A stretch of 31,918 bases of DNA from an uncultured Chloroflexia bacterium (GCA_963700285.1 CAVOXA010000013.1:1-31918); one strand, 5' to 3'; positions 1 to 8,884 are shown, numbered from the stretch's first letter. A program made the numbers and translations. Notes: generated by a model from the letters alone, not told the origin.

Positions 1-771
1 CTTCTTCTTCAGTGTGGTTACTTTGACATGGACGCCAGTATCGTCTAGCTTCAAAGATCGCATTGAGGAGTCGTGGGACGACCCTCTGTATTTCTCGATG
101 GTGACGCCTCTCACGAGACCTCGCCCGTCAAACCATTTGTACAACCTGACCTCGCCCCTTGCCATGTGCGACTCTGCATCGGGTTTGGATATCTCAGGCA
201 GCTCCTCACCGTCAGGATGGTCGTTATCCCGAGGTCGGACAGCAATCGGAAGAATGATTGGAGGATCAGATACTCCTCACTGGGCGGATACAGAACCGCC
301 TAAGAGATGTGACCGAGTCGACTACGACGCGTGAGTATTTTCTGATCTTCATCTCCTGTTTCAGAAGTTCCTGAATGGTGTTTATCGTCATATCCGAAGG
401 ACCTTTCACGGATGTTTGTCTTATGTTCTCTGGCAGGTCTCTGAACATCACGACCCGCCTCTCAGTCGAAATATCCCTGACGGGGTCTTATCGTAGCTCA
501 GAACGTCAGGCGTCCCATCGAAAACGAAGATCTTTGAGATGTCCCACCCGAACGAGGTCATGTTAGCCTTCACCTCGTTAGGGGGTTCGTCTATAGCCAC
601 GTACAGTACCTGTTCGCCGTTCATGGCGCCCTCCATGAGGAAACGCATGGCAATTGCAGTCTTGCCGGTGCCAGCTGTACCAGACACTATGTATGGCCGG
701 GCGGGGATCAATCCGCCTTCAAGCATCTCATCGATGCCAGGTATTCCAATCTCGACTTTATCCTTAATCAT
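1..771 (-). pseudogene. KaiC/RAD55 (GvpD-like) RecA-superfamily ATPase, archaeal type; 3 apparent frameshifts (~483, ~283, ~205); runs off the window start
   Basis: Joined frames read MIKDKVEIGIPGIDEMLEGGL, Walker A GTAGTGKT, Walker B RVVVDS and the C-terminal IEKYRGSSH motif. The break at ~483 is in a C homopolymer, so the gene may be intact in vivo. Confidence 0.85.
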
Positions 772-1285
772 TTCGAGCCCCAGCTCCGACACCCCCACTT
801 GGACAACCCTGCGGGTTGCCCACATTCCCCACCGCCCCGGCGGGATTGCTGCGCAAGAAGAAGGCGCGCCGCCGGGCGGCGCGATGAGGTGAAATCAGGC
901 TGCGATCCGGACCCCGCACCGCTGCCGGGGAATGCGCAACGGGAACACGCCGCTACTGCCATTGGGCGTGCAACGCAACACCTGGGCTCCGGAGAGCTGC
1001 GATGCGCGCGGAGGCGGCTGAAATCGCACCGCAAGGGTCCGAGTTTCCCGCCGATTTTCGATATCTGACGGAGACGGATCTGCCGGTCCGCATTCCTTCA
1101 CCCGCACTCCGCGACGGTGGAAGGCGAACTGGTGCTTCTTCGACGAAGGGGATCGTGCCGCAGAGGCATGGGTCCCCCGGAGACGGCTGCAGATCAGAAA
1201 CCACGCGGAGCGCAAACAGCCCGGGCCGACGGCTAATCGCCACCGGCCCGGAATGGAAGGGCACTAACTCACACTCGTAGCGCCA

Positions 1286-1921
1286 TCATGGGGATGAACT
1301 AGTCTTACGCCGGCGCACCGAGCGAACCGCACCAAGTCCGAGAAGCAGGCCGAGCCCGGTCAGAACGGCCGAAGGAAGCGGAACGACCGCGTAGGTGAAG
1401 TCGTCGATCAACCACCAATTGGCGTCCCCGGATCCGATGAACCTCAGCTCATCGACCGGCCCGGAGAAACTGGCGGTCAGATAGTCGAAGCCGTCGAAGC
1501 CGAGCGACATGCTGGCCGAATCGACGAACGGACTCAGGTAGCCTTTGACTGTGATGGTCGTCGAGCTGAAGCTCCGGCCGAGTCGTTCTGCCCCCAGCCG
1601 ACGAAATGGGCTCCCAAGAAATCGAACTGCGAACCTGTCGTCGTAACGGTCAGCGTGCCGTCGCCGTTGTACGCGGCATAGTCGCCCGACGGGAAATAGA
1701 ATGAGTTGTTGTAGGTCGACCGGAAGTCGGCCTCAGGCTGCCAACTCCCAAGATGTACTCCATGCGAAACCTCCGTAGCTGGAGGCTCCTGCACTCGCGA
1801 ACGTTTCCCAGGTCGCTGAAGTCGACAGCCCTTCGAAATCCAAGACTGTCGCGGCCTTAGCCGAGCTTGCTCCGGCCGCAAGCAGTGCAGCGACAACAAC
1901 GAGAGTCGCCCCTATCTTCAT
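1286..1921 (-). pseudogene. Secreted protein with a PEP-CTERM-like (VPLP-CTERM) exosortase sorting signal; frameshifted at ~1740 and ~1565
   Basis: RBS GGAGG and signal peptide MKIGATLVVVAALLAAGASSAKA, then VLDFEG. The C-terminus IDDFTYAVVPLPSAVLTGLGLLLGLGAVRSVRRRK has the motif, a TM helix and a basic tail. ORFs 1733-1921, 1534-1899 and 1286-1510 join into one protein. Confidence 0.85.
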
Positions 1922-2158
1922 GTTTCCTCCCTCACACCTGGTCAGCGTATGCCTGACCTGCCTCGCATGTGGGGCGCAACGTCAGGTCCGACCGGACCAT
2001 GAACCGCTGTGCCCCTTCCTTGTCATCCATATTGGAGAATGGGGGCTCAGCTTTGCAGGAATCTTGTAAGTCGAGGCCCGAGAGGCACTTGAAGGCGATT
2101 GGGTCTCTGAAGCAGGGCAGTAGTGGGTATCGAGGGAAAATGTTGAGGGGCAACTGTT

Positions 2159-2308
2159 ATGATCGGCTTAGCCCACGGCCACGACGATCTCCTCATCTCC
2201 GCCGCCCTCTGCTCTATCCTCGACCAGCAGGACTGGCCAGGCACCGGTACCGCCGAGATCATCCACCGCCAGGATCCGCTGGACGAAATCGACCACACGA
2301 GTTGGTAG
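2159..2308 (+). pseudogene. C-terminal fragment of a phage terminase large subunit-like protein
   Basis: Not in the ORF track. It translates as MIGLAHGHDDLLISAALCSILDQQDWPGTGTAEIIHRQDPLDEIDHTSW*. HDDLLISAAL matches the last catalytic Asp motif of terminase RNase H-like nuclease domains. It shares the strand and C-rich codon style of the portal gene. Confidence 0.65.
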
Positions 2309-2338
2309 CACTATATCAATGGGGGCGACCGGGGAGCC

Positions 2339-3082
2339 TCAGCCAGCAGAAACACAGAGTTCTCTCCACCTTCGGTCTGAATCCCAGAAGAAGAAAACAC
2401 GGTCAAACTGAGTCGTATAGCGATTGTTGAGGGCAGACTCGGTCAGTTCCACCGAGTTCGGAAATCGAAGGTTGTCGGCGACCATCAATAGCCAAATCTC
2501 CGAGCACCTGCCGCGGTATTTCTCCAGCTTCTTCTCCTTTCCGTCAATCTTGGCCTGGATGTGCTGTTCAGTCAGCTCCGGGACGAACCCGGCGCTGGAA
2601 CAGCACCAGCGATCTCCCTGTTTGGTTGCTCTCGTTGGTCGCTGGAGATACAACCGCGACACCTCTGTCGGCAGAGTGATCTGCTGCCGCGAAACACGCT
2701 TCAGCGTGAGCGATTTGCCTGGCTGGATCTTTGTCTCCCCTATGACGCTGACTATCTCCTGGGCAAGAGCTTCGACATTCTTCCTGGACAGGTGGCTTCT
2801 TGGATGGAAGCTGACCTGCACAAGCAACGGAAAACCGGCAGCCTTTTTCCATAGCTCGCTGGTGCGACTGACGATTTTCTGTGCCCAGTGATCCTGCGCC
2901 TGGGGTGAATAACCGTCTGGTGGCACAGGATGATAGACCTCGGTGTGCTCAACTCCGATAGTTCTGCAAGCGCCATCGATGAGAAAATCCGGGCTTTCAT
3001 GCGTCTCGATCCTTCCCGGCGGAAAACCTGGGAAAACCTGTTTGAAGTGCTTCAGATGCGCAAGCTCACCTGCTTTGTTCAC
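2339..3082 (-). CDS. Hypothetical protein with a putative PD-(D/E)XK-like nuclease fold
   Basis: 247-aa ORF with N-terminal ESPDFLI...IGVEHTE and C-terminal K..KY....EIWLL, a pattern typical of restriction-endonuclease-like proteins. Confidence 0.6.
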   Translation of the reverse strand: MNKAGELAHLKHFKQVFPGFPPGRIETHESPDFLIDGACRTIGVEHTEVYHPVPPDGYSPQAQDHWAQKIVSRTSELWKKAAGFPLLVQVSFHPRSHLSRKNVEALAQEIVSVIGETKIQPGKSLTLKRVSRQQITLPTEVSRLYLQRPTRATKQGDRWCCSSAGFVPELTEQHIQAKIDGKEKKLEKYRGRCSEIWLLMVADNLRFPNSVELTESALNNRYTTQFDRVFFFWDSDRRWRELCVSAG

Positions 3083-3185
3083 TGATCAAGGTTCCCTACG
3101 AGGAGCCGTGCAACAGACCTTTGGTTCAAGTTGCTTCCTGGTCGGCAAGAAAAGTCTTGCCCTGGCACCGCCTCCAACACAGCTC

Positions 3186-4385
3186 TCACGTGCAGTTTTC
3201 GGCGATGTCCAAGATGGTTTGGGGCTCCAACAGAAGAGGCTCCAGCTTCTCAGATAGCACGGAGATGCTCGTGATGGCATCCCACGCTTCAGTCGGCTTA
3301 ACCTCCAATGACCCACCTGTGCTCACCTGTTTGTACAAGTGAGCCAACTTCGTGTTGCGCATCTGCCAGGCAGCAGCGCAGCGTTCAAGGCCACCATCAG
3401 CAACAAAGTCCTCATCAACGAACACGGGCAGGACTATTTGCAGGATCTTCTCTACTGGAGACAATCTCGATAGGTCCATTTGCCTCTTCAGCGTAAAACT
3501 CTTCTCCTGCTGCTCTCGGTTTCCCCCTTCCAGTAGCCGTTGCGTCCTCTCCCAGAATTGAACCACAGCGAACTCAAGGACCGTTGCTGCAGTTAGTACC
3601 GCCATTCGATAGTTCTCGGAGTACAGGAACTCCAAGGACGAGAGCAGAATCTCGGTCTCGGTTGACCATCCGTCATTGAGAAGTGCCTGTATCTCATCGA
3701 GTCGCTCTGGAAACCTGTGAGTCGAGTGTACCGCCTCCCACTTGCTTTTGAACACCCCCGCATGCTTGCCACCCAGGGCGTTGCTGACTTCGTACTCGAT
3801 GTCAGCATCCCCAGTGAACGACGTCAGAGTGATGTCGCCAAAGGCGTCCAGCAAGAACTCCGTGTCGTGTCCGGCGAAGAGGTCATCCAAGACATGGTTG
3901 ACCTGTATACCTCTATGCCGTTGTGCGGCCTGAATGTTCCGTGTCAGCAAACGACCTTGGGCCGAATCCCACGCAAGTGCAACTTTGCACGCTCTGCGAA
4001 ACAGATTAACAGCTGCAAGGACTTGTGGAAACTGCTCTCTCATCTGGTCTTCCAGTTTCATGCGCTCTGCTTCCTGAGCTTCCTTGAGCGCAACACGTTC
4101 TCCTGACTCGATGAGGAGGTTGTCTGTGTCAACGAGTGGAGGTACTTCTAACTCAAAGATAGACAGGTCAACATCCAAGCCTATCTCAAACCGAATGTCG
4201 GTATAGGCGTGCAAATCGGCAACGTCATCCGTTAGTCCCAGGCTCAACCGAAAGACTGTGTCATCCGTCTCCACCCTGAACTCAGTGCCCACCTTGCCCT
4301 TCGCACTCAGGAAAAGGCAGAATGCTAGCAGTCTCTTATCGACAAGGTCTATCCGCCTAAGGTGAACCGTATGAACAACTGACAT
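3186..4385 (-). CDS. Hypothetical protein with a putative C-terminal HEPN (ApeA-like) RNase domain
   Basis: 399-aa ORF. The helix YRMAVLTAATVLE and the Rx5H motif RNTKLAH near the C-terminus are HEPN signatures. Confidence 0.65.
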   Translation of the reverse strand: MSVVHTVHLRRIDLVDKRLLAFCLFLSAKGKVGTEFRVETDDTVFRLSLGLTDDVADLHAYTDIRFEIGLDVDLSIFELEVPPLVDTDNLLIESGERVALKEAQEAERMKLEDQMREQFPQVLAAVNLFRRACKVALAWDSAQGRLLTRNIQAAQRHRGIQVNHVLDDLFAGHDTEFLLDAFGDITLTSFTGDADIEYEVSNALGGKHAGVFKSKWEAVHSTHRFPERLDEIQALLNDGWSTETEILLSSLEFLYSENYRMAVLTAATVLEFAVVQFWERTQRLLEGGNREQQEKSFTLKRQMDLSRLSPVEKILQIVLPVFVDEDFVADGGLERCAAAWQMRNTKLAHLYKQVSTGGSLEVKPTEAWDAITSISVLSEKLEPLLLEPQTILDIAENCT

Positions 4386-4447
4386 TTCCGCCCCCTAGCC
4401 TTGGCTATCAAGCTGCAGCGGCAGTCCGCGAAGATCGTGATTGTCCG

Positions 4448-5299
4448 CTATATGCTCAAGAGCCAGTCATGATCCACGGTGACCTGCTCAATCTCAACCT
4501 TCTCGGTCCGAACACCTAGAGCCAAGTCCTGCAACTTGTCGACCAGTTGGTCTCCGTCAATCAGATCAATGGCAGGAGCACCATCTCTCGTGGCCTCTCT
4601 CACCGCCTCCTTGGAGAAAGTCCCCGTCGTGATCAGGAGTCCTTTGTCAGCACGCCCCACCATCGCGCCGCGGAAGTCACGCACCTCTCCAGCACCCACT
4701 GTACCCTGCCATCGCTTGCACTGAAAGATCACGTGGAAACTCAGCAGACCGCCGAGTCTCATGATACCCTTCCCGTCGATGCCTCTGTCTCCACTCCTCC
4801 CGGTGACTTCCACCTGGACAAATCCGGACTCTCGCAGCATCCTTTGGGCCAGTCGTTCAAAGGCAGACGCGTCCATCTGGATCAACGTACTCAACAGATC
4901 CTCGCGCCAAGACTCGGCAGCCTCGGCTTCGCCCAGCTCTTCCTCGGCTGACGCCTTGGCTTCCCTCATCAGCTCTCGAACTACGCGGACGACATCCTTC
5001 TCATCCACGGTCTCGACCTTTCTGCCCGCTTGGGCTAGTGCCCAGACGCCTCTGGTCGAGTTTTCAAGCACACCATACTTCTTCAAGTAGGTACGAGTCC
5101 ATGCCAGCCGGTAGTCAATCTCTGTCATACCGCCTTTTTCGGGGTTGTGCAAGACCTCCAGCTGTTCATCTGTGAAGCCGGCGATCTCTGCAACCTTGTC
5201 GTTGATCTCCTCGATGGTGCCGGAGCCCCCAAGTTCCCGAAGTGCCTGGATCACGGGGTTCATCATTGAGTCGTATGTCGGCATCGCAACCATGCTCAC
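4448..5299 (-). CDS. mrr: Mrr-family type IV restriction endonuclease (Mrr_N + Mrr_cat)
   Basis: N-terminal PTYDSMMNPVIQAL...YRLAWTRTYLKKYG...RGVW, and catalytic region GRSGDRGIDG...QCKRW...VRDFRGAM...LIDG. Confidence 0.93.
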   Translation of the reverse strand: MSMVAMPTYDSMMNPVIQALRELGGSGTIEEINDKVAEIAGFTDEQLEVLHNPEKGGMTEIDYRLAWTRTYLKKYGVLENSTRGVWALAQAGRKVETVDEKDVVRVVRELMREAKASAEEELGEAEAAESWREDLLSTLIQMDASAFERLAQRMLRESGFVQVEVTGRSGDRGIDGKGIMRLGGLLSFHVIFQCKRWQGTVGAGEVRDFRGAMVGRADKGLLITTGTFSKEAVREATRDGAPAIDLIDGDQLVDKLQDLALGVRTEKVEIEQVTVDHDWLLSI

Positions 5300-5383
5300 G
5301 TCACCGCCTTTCCAACAGGGCGCAAAGAGGGCCAGACCTGCGTCCTGTTTCTAGCTGATCCTGTATGTAGGGGTTTAGCTCCG

Positions 5384-5412
5384 AGTATAACATAAACCAG
5401 CACGGCTGTCTA
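5384..5412 (-). promoter_or_regulatory. sigma70-type promoter for the mrr cassette
   Basis: Minus strand TAGACA-17 nt-TATACT, with an extended -10 TG. Confidence 0.65.
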
Positions 5413-5425
5413 CTTTCTGTAGTCT

Positions 5426-6722
5426 CAGTAGATCCAAATTTCATGGTATAGGCACTGCCGGTGCGACGATTTCATGAACGCAACCGTATCGATGCTCTAT
5501 CGCCCGAACGATGAATCTCGCAAAGCGAGTTAGCGAAAACCGCCGGGTGTCCAGCTGTCGACGCCCAGGTCGCGGCACTTGTGTGTAGAGCCAACGCAGA
5601 TGCAACCAAACGTTCAACAAAAAGAAGCTCAGGCCGATCAGCACAAAGCGCAAAGCCGGGTTCTTGGAGGTCGTCCAAGCTCGAACTTGGCCAGCGCAGC
5701 GATAGCTGGTTTCCACACCGAACCGACGACGATACGAGCGGCGTGCTTGGCGCGGCGTCAGGTCAAGGTTGATCAGGATAAACAGCAACCAGCCAGCGCG
5801 TCGTTTCATCCGTCCTGTCCGTTTGGCCGTGGAGAAGACCCGACAGACGGCTACCTCAGCCGTGAACTGCTTTTTCTCTGCGGTATTGCGGAAGGTGTGC
5901 GTCGTACGGTAGCTCTTGTTACCCTGACACAAAGCACGAGTGCCGCCTGTACGACCGCGGATCGTACAGGCGATGAGAGCGGGCGTCCCGCTCTGCTCGA
6001 GATAGGTCTGGACATCGATACCGGCAAAGCCTTTGTCCAAGAACAAGCATTTTATGCCTATTCCAATCTCCTTAACGCGCTCCAGCAGTGTCTTCAAGAC
6101 ACCGACGATGCTGTCGGTGGGCAGAAAGAAGTGAAGGGCCAGGGTCACCCGCAGCCCGCGCTGGATCACGTAGGCGGTGGCAATCCGGTAGAAGCGGGTC
6201 GTGCCGTCCTTGGCTCGGCTGCGAACCCACAGCCCCTCTTCTTGAGATGTCTTGCCGTAGTAGGGCCGGTCATGCAGGTCGATGGCCATGTCCTGGGCCT
6301 GACGCCACAGGCGTTTCGGAACTTGAGCCGCCAACGCCTCATTCAGGTTGCGTTCCAGTTCTGGCAGTCGCTCGGTCGTCAGTTGCTCGTTCAGATATTG
6401 GCGAACGGTCTCAGCACCAGGTCCACTGCTCAACTCAGCACAGGCAGATTCGATCGTGCACTGCCGGGCGGCTGCTGTCAACAGGATGTTCAGCAGGTCG
6501 TCCGTTGTACATTTGTAGCCCTCTGCCTGCAACGGCAGATGAGCCTGAAGACCTTGGCGTGCGTGTTCCAACACTTGATTAGCCGTCAACTTTGGTGTAT
6601 CATTCATCCTGGGCTTGCTCTCCTTGAATTGTTTGTTCGCAACTTACAGTTTACAAGGATTGGGCAAGCCCATCAACTTTTATGTCCGTAAATGCATTAT
6701 GCCCACAAAATTGGATCTACTG
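5426..6722 (-). mobile_element. Complete ISH3-family insertion sequence (1297 bp)
   Basis: Terminal inverted repeats CAGTAGATCCAA (5426-5437) and TTGGATCTACTG (6711-6722). The 5-bp target duplication AGTCT is at 5421-5425 and 6723-6727. CAG ends and an A...T 5-bp DR are ISH3 hallmarks. Confidence 0.92.
5441..6607 (-). CDS. ISH3-family DDE transposase
   Basis: Intact 388-aa ORF with motifs AIDLHDRPYYG, LFLDKGF and YRRRFGVETSYR. Confidence 0.92.
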   Translation of the reverse strand: MNDTPKLTANQVLEHARQGLQAHLPLQAEGYKCTTDDLLNILLTAAARQCTIESACAELSSGPGAETVRQYLNEQLTTERLPELERNLNEALAAQVPKRLWRQAQDMAIDLHDRPYYGKTSQEEGLWVRSRAKDGTTRFYRIATAYVIQRGLRVTLALHFFLPTDSIVGVLKTLLERVKEIGIGIKCLFLDKGFAGIDVQTYLEQSGTPALIACTIRGRTGGTRALCQGNKSYRTTHTFRNTAEKKQFTAEVAVCRVFSTAKRTGRMKRRAGWLLFILINLDLTPRQARRSYRRRFGVETSYRCAGQVRAWTTSKNPALRFVLIGLSFFLLNVWLHLRWLYTQVPRPGRRQLDTRRFSLTRFARFIVRAIEHRYGCVHEIVAPAVPIP

Positions 6723-6754
6723 AGTCTCTCCTCATATTACGACTCCGAAGCAAC

Positions 6755-6783
6755 TTGACATGCTAGGACAAGTGTCGTATAAT
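6755..6783 (+). promoter_or_regulatory. Perfect-consensus sigma70 promoter upstream of the portal gene
   Basis: TTGACA (6755-6760), 17 nt, TATAAT (6778-6783). Confidence 0.85.
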
Positions 6784-6788
6784 GCTAG

Positions 6789-6815
6789 CGAACAACTGTT
6801 CGCAACATCTGTTCT
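6789..6815. promoter_or_regulatory. Tandem LexA (SOS/Cheo) boxes
   Basis: Perfect CGAAC-AACT-GTTCG (6789-6802) plus imperfect GCAAC-ATCT-GTTCT (6802-6815), over the expected +1. The same motif class lies upstream of uvrB. Confidence 0.8.
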
Positions 6816-6835
6816 ACGGCACGGAAGCGGAGACC

Positions 6836-8278
6836 ATGCCACCAGACCAGCCGTCACTGAAAACCCGCCTGGCCCACGCCCTCTTCGGCGACATAATCCA
6901 GACCGCCGTCGCCGAGGCCACTGCCGCCATCTCCGTCCGCGTCGACGACGCCCCCGGCTGGAACCGCCTCGCCCCCGCCGGCCCCCACGACCGCGACTTC
7001 GCCGAGTGGTACCAGGACCAGGAAGACGCCCTCGAAGCCTGGCGCAAGAACTTCTCATGGTCCGCCGCATCGTCACCCTGGCCCGCTCCTACGTCCTCGG
7101 TGCCGGGCGGCGGAGTCACCATCAGCAGCGACCACGCCTACCTCCAGTCCTTCGTCGCCGCCTTCGCCGCCCACCCCAAGAACCGCCTGGCCGAGCGCTA
7201 CGGCCCCATCTGCGACGAGCTCACCCGCGCCGGCGAGATCTTCCCCGTCCTCTTCACCAACCGCGTCGACGGCATGAGCTACCTCCGCTTCGTCCCCGCC
7301 ACCCAGATCCACCACATCGAGACCGACCCCGACGACTACGAGACCGAACTCGCCTACCTCGGAACCTCGCAGCACCGATCGAACCTCGAACCCAAAACGC
7401 TGGCTCGGCGTCGACAACCCCGCACGCCTGGGAAGTCTGCCACAGACGGAACCCTGCCCGCCCGTCATGCTCCACTTCGCCGTCAACCGGCCCATCGGCG
7501 CCACCCGCGGCGAGGGCGACCTCGCCCCCATCCTCCGCTGGGCGCTGCGGTACTCCAACTGGCTCGAAGACCGCGTCCGCCTCAACCGCGTCCGCACCCG
7601 CCAGCTCCTGCTCGAGATCGATCCGACTAGCGGTCGCCGACGACACCCGCGTCGCCGAGCGCAAGCGCCAGGTCGAGACCGAAGACCCCGTCCGCGCCGG
7701 CATCTACGTCCACGGCCCCGGCGAAGAGGTCACGCGCCCACTCGCTCGACATAAACGCCGACGACGCCGCGACCGACGGCAAGCAGCTCCGCCTGGCCGT
7801 GGCCACCGGCGCCAACACCGCCCTCCACTACCTCGGCGAGGGCGAGGCCACCAACTATGCCACCGCCCGCGAGATGGGCGAGCCCACCGCCCGCTTCTAC
7901 ACCGAGCGCCAGGCCGAGCTGTCCCGCATGCTCACCCGCCTGGTCCAGGTCGCCTACGACCGCAAGGTCGCCCTGGGCCTGGCCCGCAAGCCTGCCAGCG
8001 AGGACTATGGCATCACCGTCGCCGTCACCGAGACCGCCCGCGCCGACAACGCTGCCCTGGCCGAGGCCGCCCGCGACATCGTCCAGGCCCTGTCCGACAT
8101 GCGCGCCCAGGGCTGGATCGACGACGCCACCGCCATCCAGCTCGCCTTCAAGTTCGCCGGCGAGCCCATCCCCCAGGAGGAGATCGAGCGCATCCTTGAA
8201 GCCTGTGGCGAGCGAAGCGAAGCCAACCCTGCCCTGGACCGTAGCCAAGAGCCAGCCGCCGATGAACCCGAAGCCTGA
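6836..8278 (+). pseudogene. Phage portal-like protein with multiple frameshifts between ~7050 and ~7750
   Basis: RBS GGAG + ATG 6836. Joined frames give ...EAWRKNF/MVRRIVTLARSYVLG...HPKNRL...DELTRAGEIFPVL...MLHFAVNRPIGATRGEGDLAPILRW...HYLGEGEATNYATAREM...AFKFAGE, resembling Chloroflexota prophage portal proteins. Confidence 0.75.
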
Positions 8279-8636
8279 CCCGCCGCCCGAGGAGGAACCG
8301 CCCGATGAACCACCCGTCCCGATCCCGTTCCCCTGGTTTCCCTGGTACCCGTGGCCACCGGGCACCCAGCCGCCGCCCAGCCTCCACCTCGAGTACCACA
8401 ACGCCAACCCCAACCCGCGCCGCGTCTGCGGCATCTGCCAGGCCGACATCGGCAAGGTCTTCCGCCTCGAAGACGCGCCCAGGCTGCCCCGCCACCCGCA
8501 CTGCTACTGCTTCTACGTCGTCACCGACGCGCCAGTCACCAAGGAAGGAAACACGCCCATGACCGGCCGCGCCGAGCCAGCTTGCACCGGCCATCTCCCC
8601 ATCTCCCCCTCACCCCCTCGCCCCATCGAACCCTGA
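8262..8636 (+). CDS. Small phage head morphogenesis-like protein (Mu gpF/SPP1 gp7 C-terminal motif) with a Pro-rich N-terminus
   Basis: Overlaps the end of the portal gene. Motif RVCGICQ...G..F.....P.LPRHPHCYC. Confidence 0.65.
   Translation: MNPKPDPPPEEEPPDEPPVPIPFPWFPWYPWPPGTQPPPSLHLEYHNANPNPRRVCGICQADIGKVFRLEDAPRLPRHPHCYCFYVVTDAPVTKEGNTPMTGRAEPACTGHLPISPSPPRPIEP
8591..8627 (+). repeat. Degenerate 8-bp tandem repeat
   Basis: ccatctcc ccatctcc ccctcacc ccctcgcc ccatc. Confidence 0.55.
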
Positions 8637-8767
8637 CCTCGGCCTCAACCCTTAGCGCTGCAAGGCGCCTCATTATGCCCAAAGACGCCCCGATCCAGAG
8701 CGAACAATCCGAAAATCCCGCCAGCCCGATACCCCTGCCAATCAGGCCCACGCACGCACCGGGTCAT

Positions 8768-8839
8768 CCACGAATGTTGGCCACGAATACACGAATGGTG
8801 GCTGTGGGGCACAATCGATTATTCCCGGTTAATTCGTGT
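8768..8839. repeat. CACGAAT short repeats with one inverted copy (REP-like)
   Basis: ccacgaat at 8768 and 8781, acacgaat at 8789, and inverted attcgtgt at 8832-8839. Confidence 0.5.
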
Positions 8840-8884
8840 GAACAGGGCTACCGAGGGTAACTACCGCACTGTTATCATTTCAAG

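Noticed and set aside
3083-4447. Integron cassette array (attC sites between the nuclease genes)
   Set aside because: The intergenic gaps lack RYYYAAC/GTTRRRY cores and there is no integrase. Only a 7-bp hairpin at 3144-3161 is present.
5579-6691. 370-aa plus-strand ORF inside the IS
   Set aside because: Antisense shadow of the transposase with no recognisable motifs.
6760-8199. 479-aa Arg/Pro-rich ORF
   Set aside because: Off-frame shadow of the GC-rich portal gene. Only short stretches are real coding sequence, because of indels.
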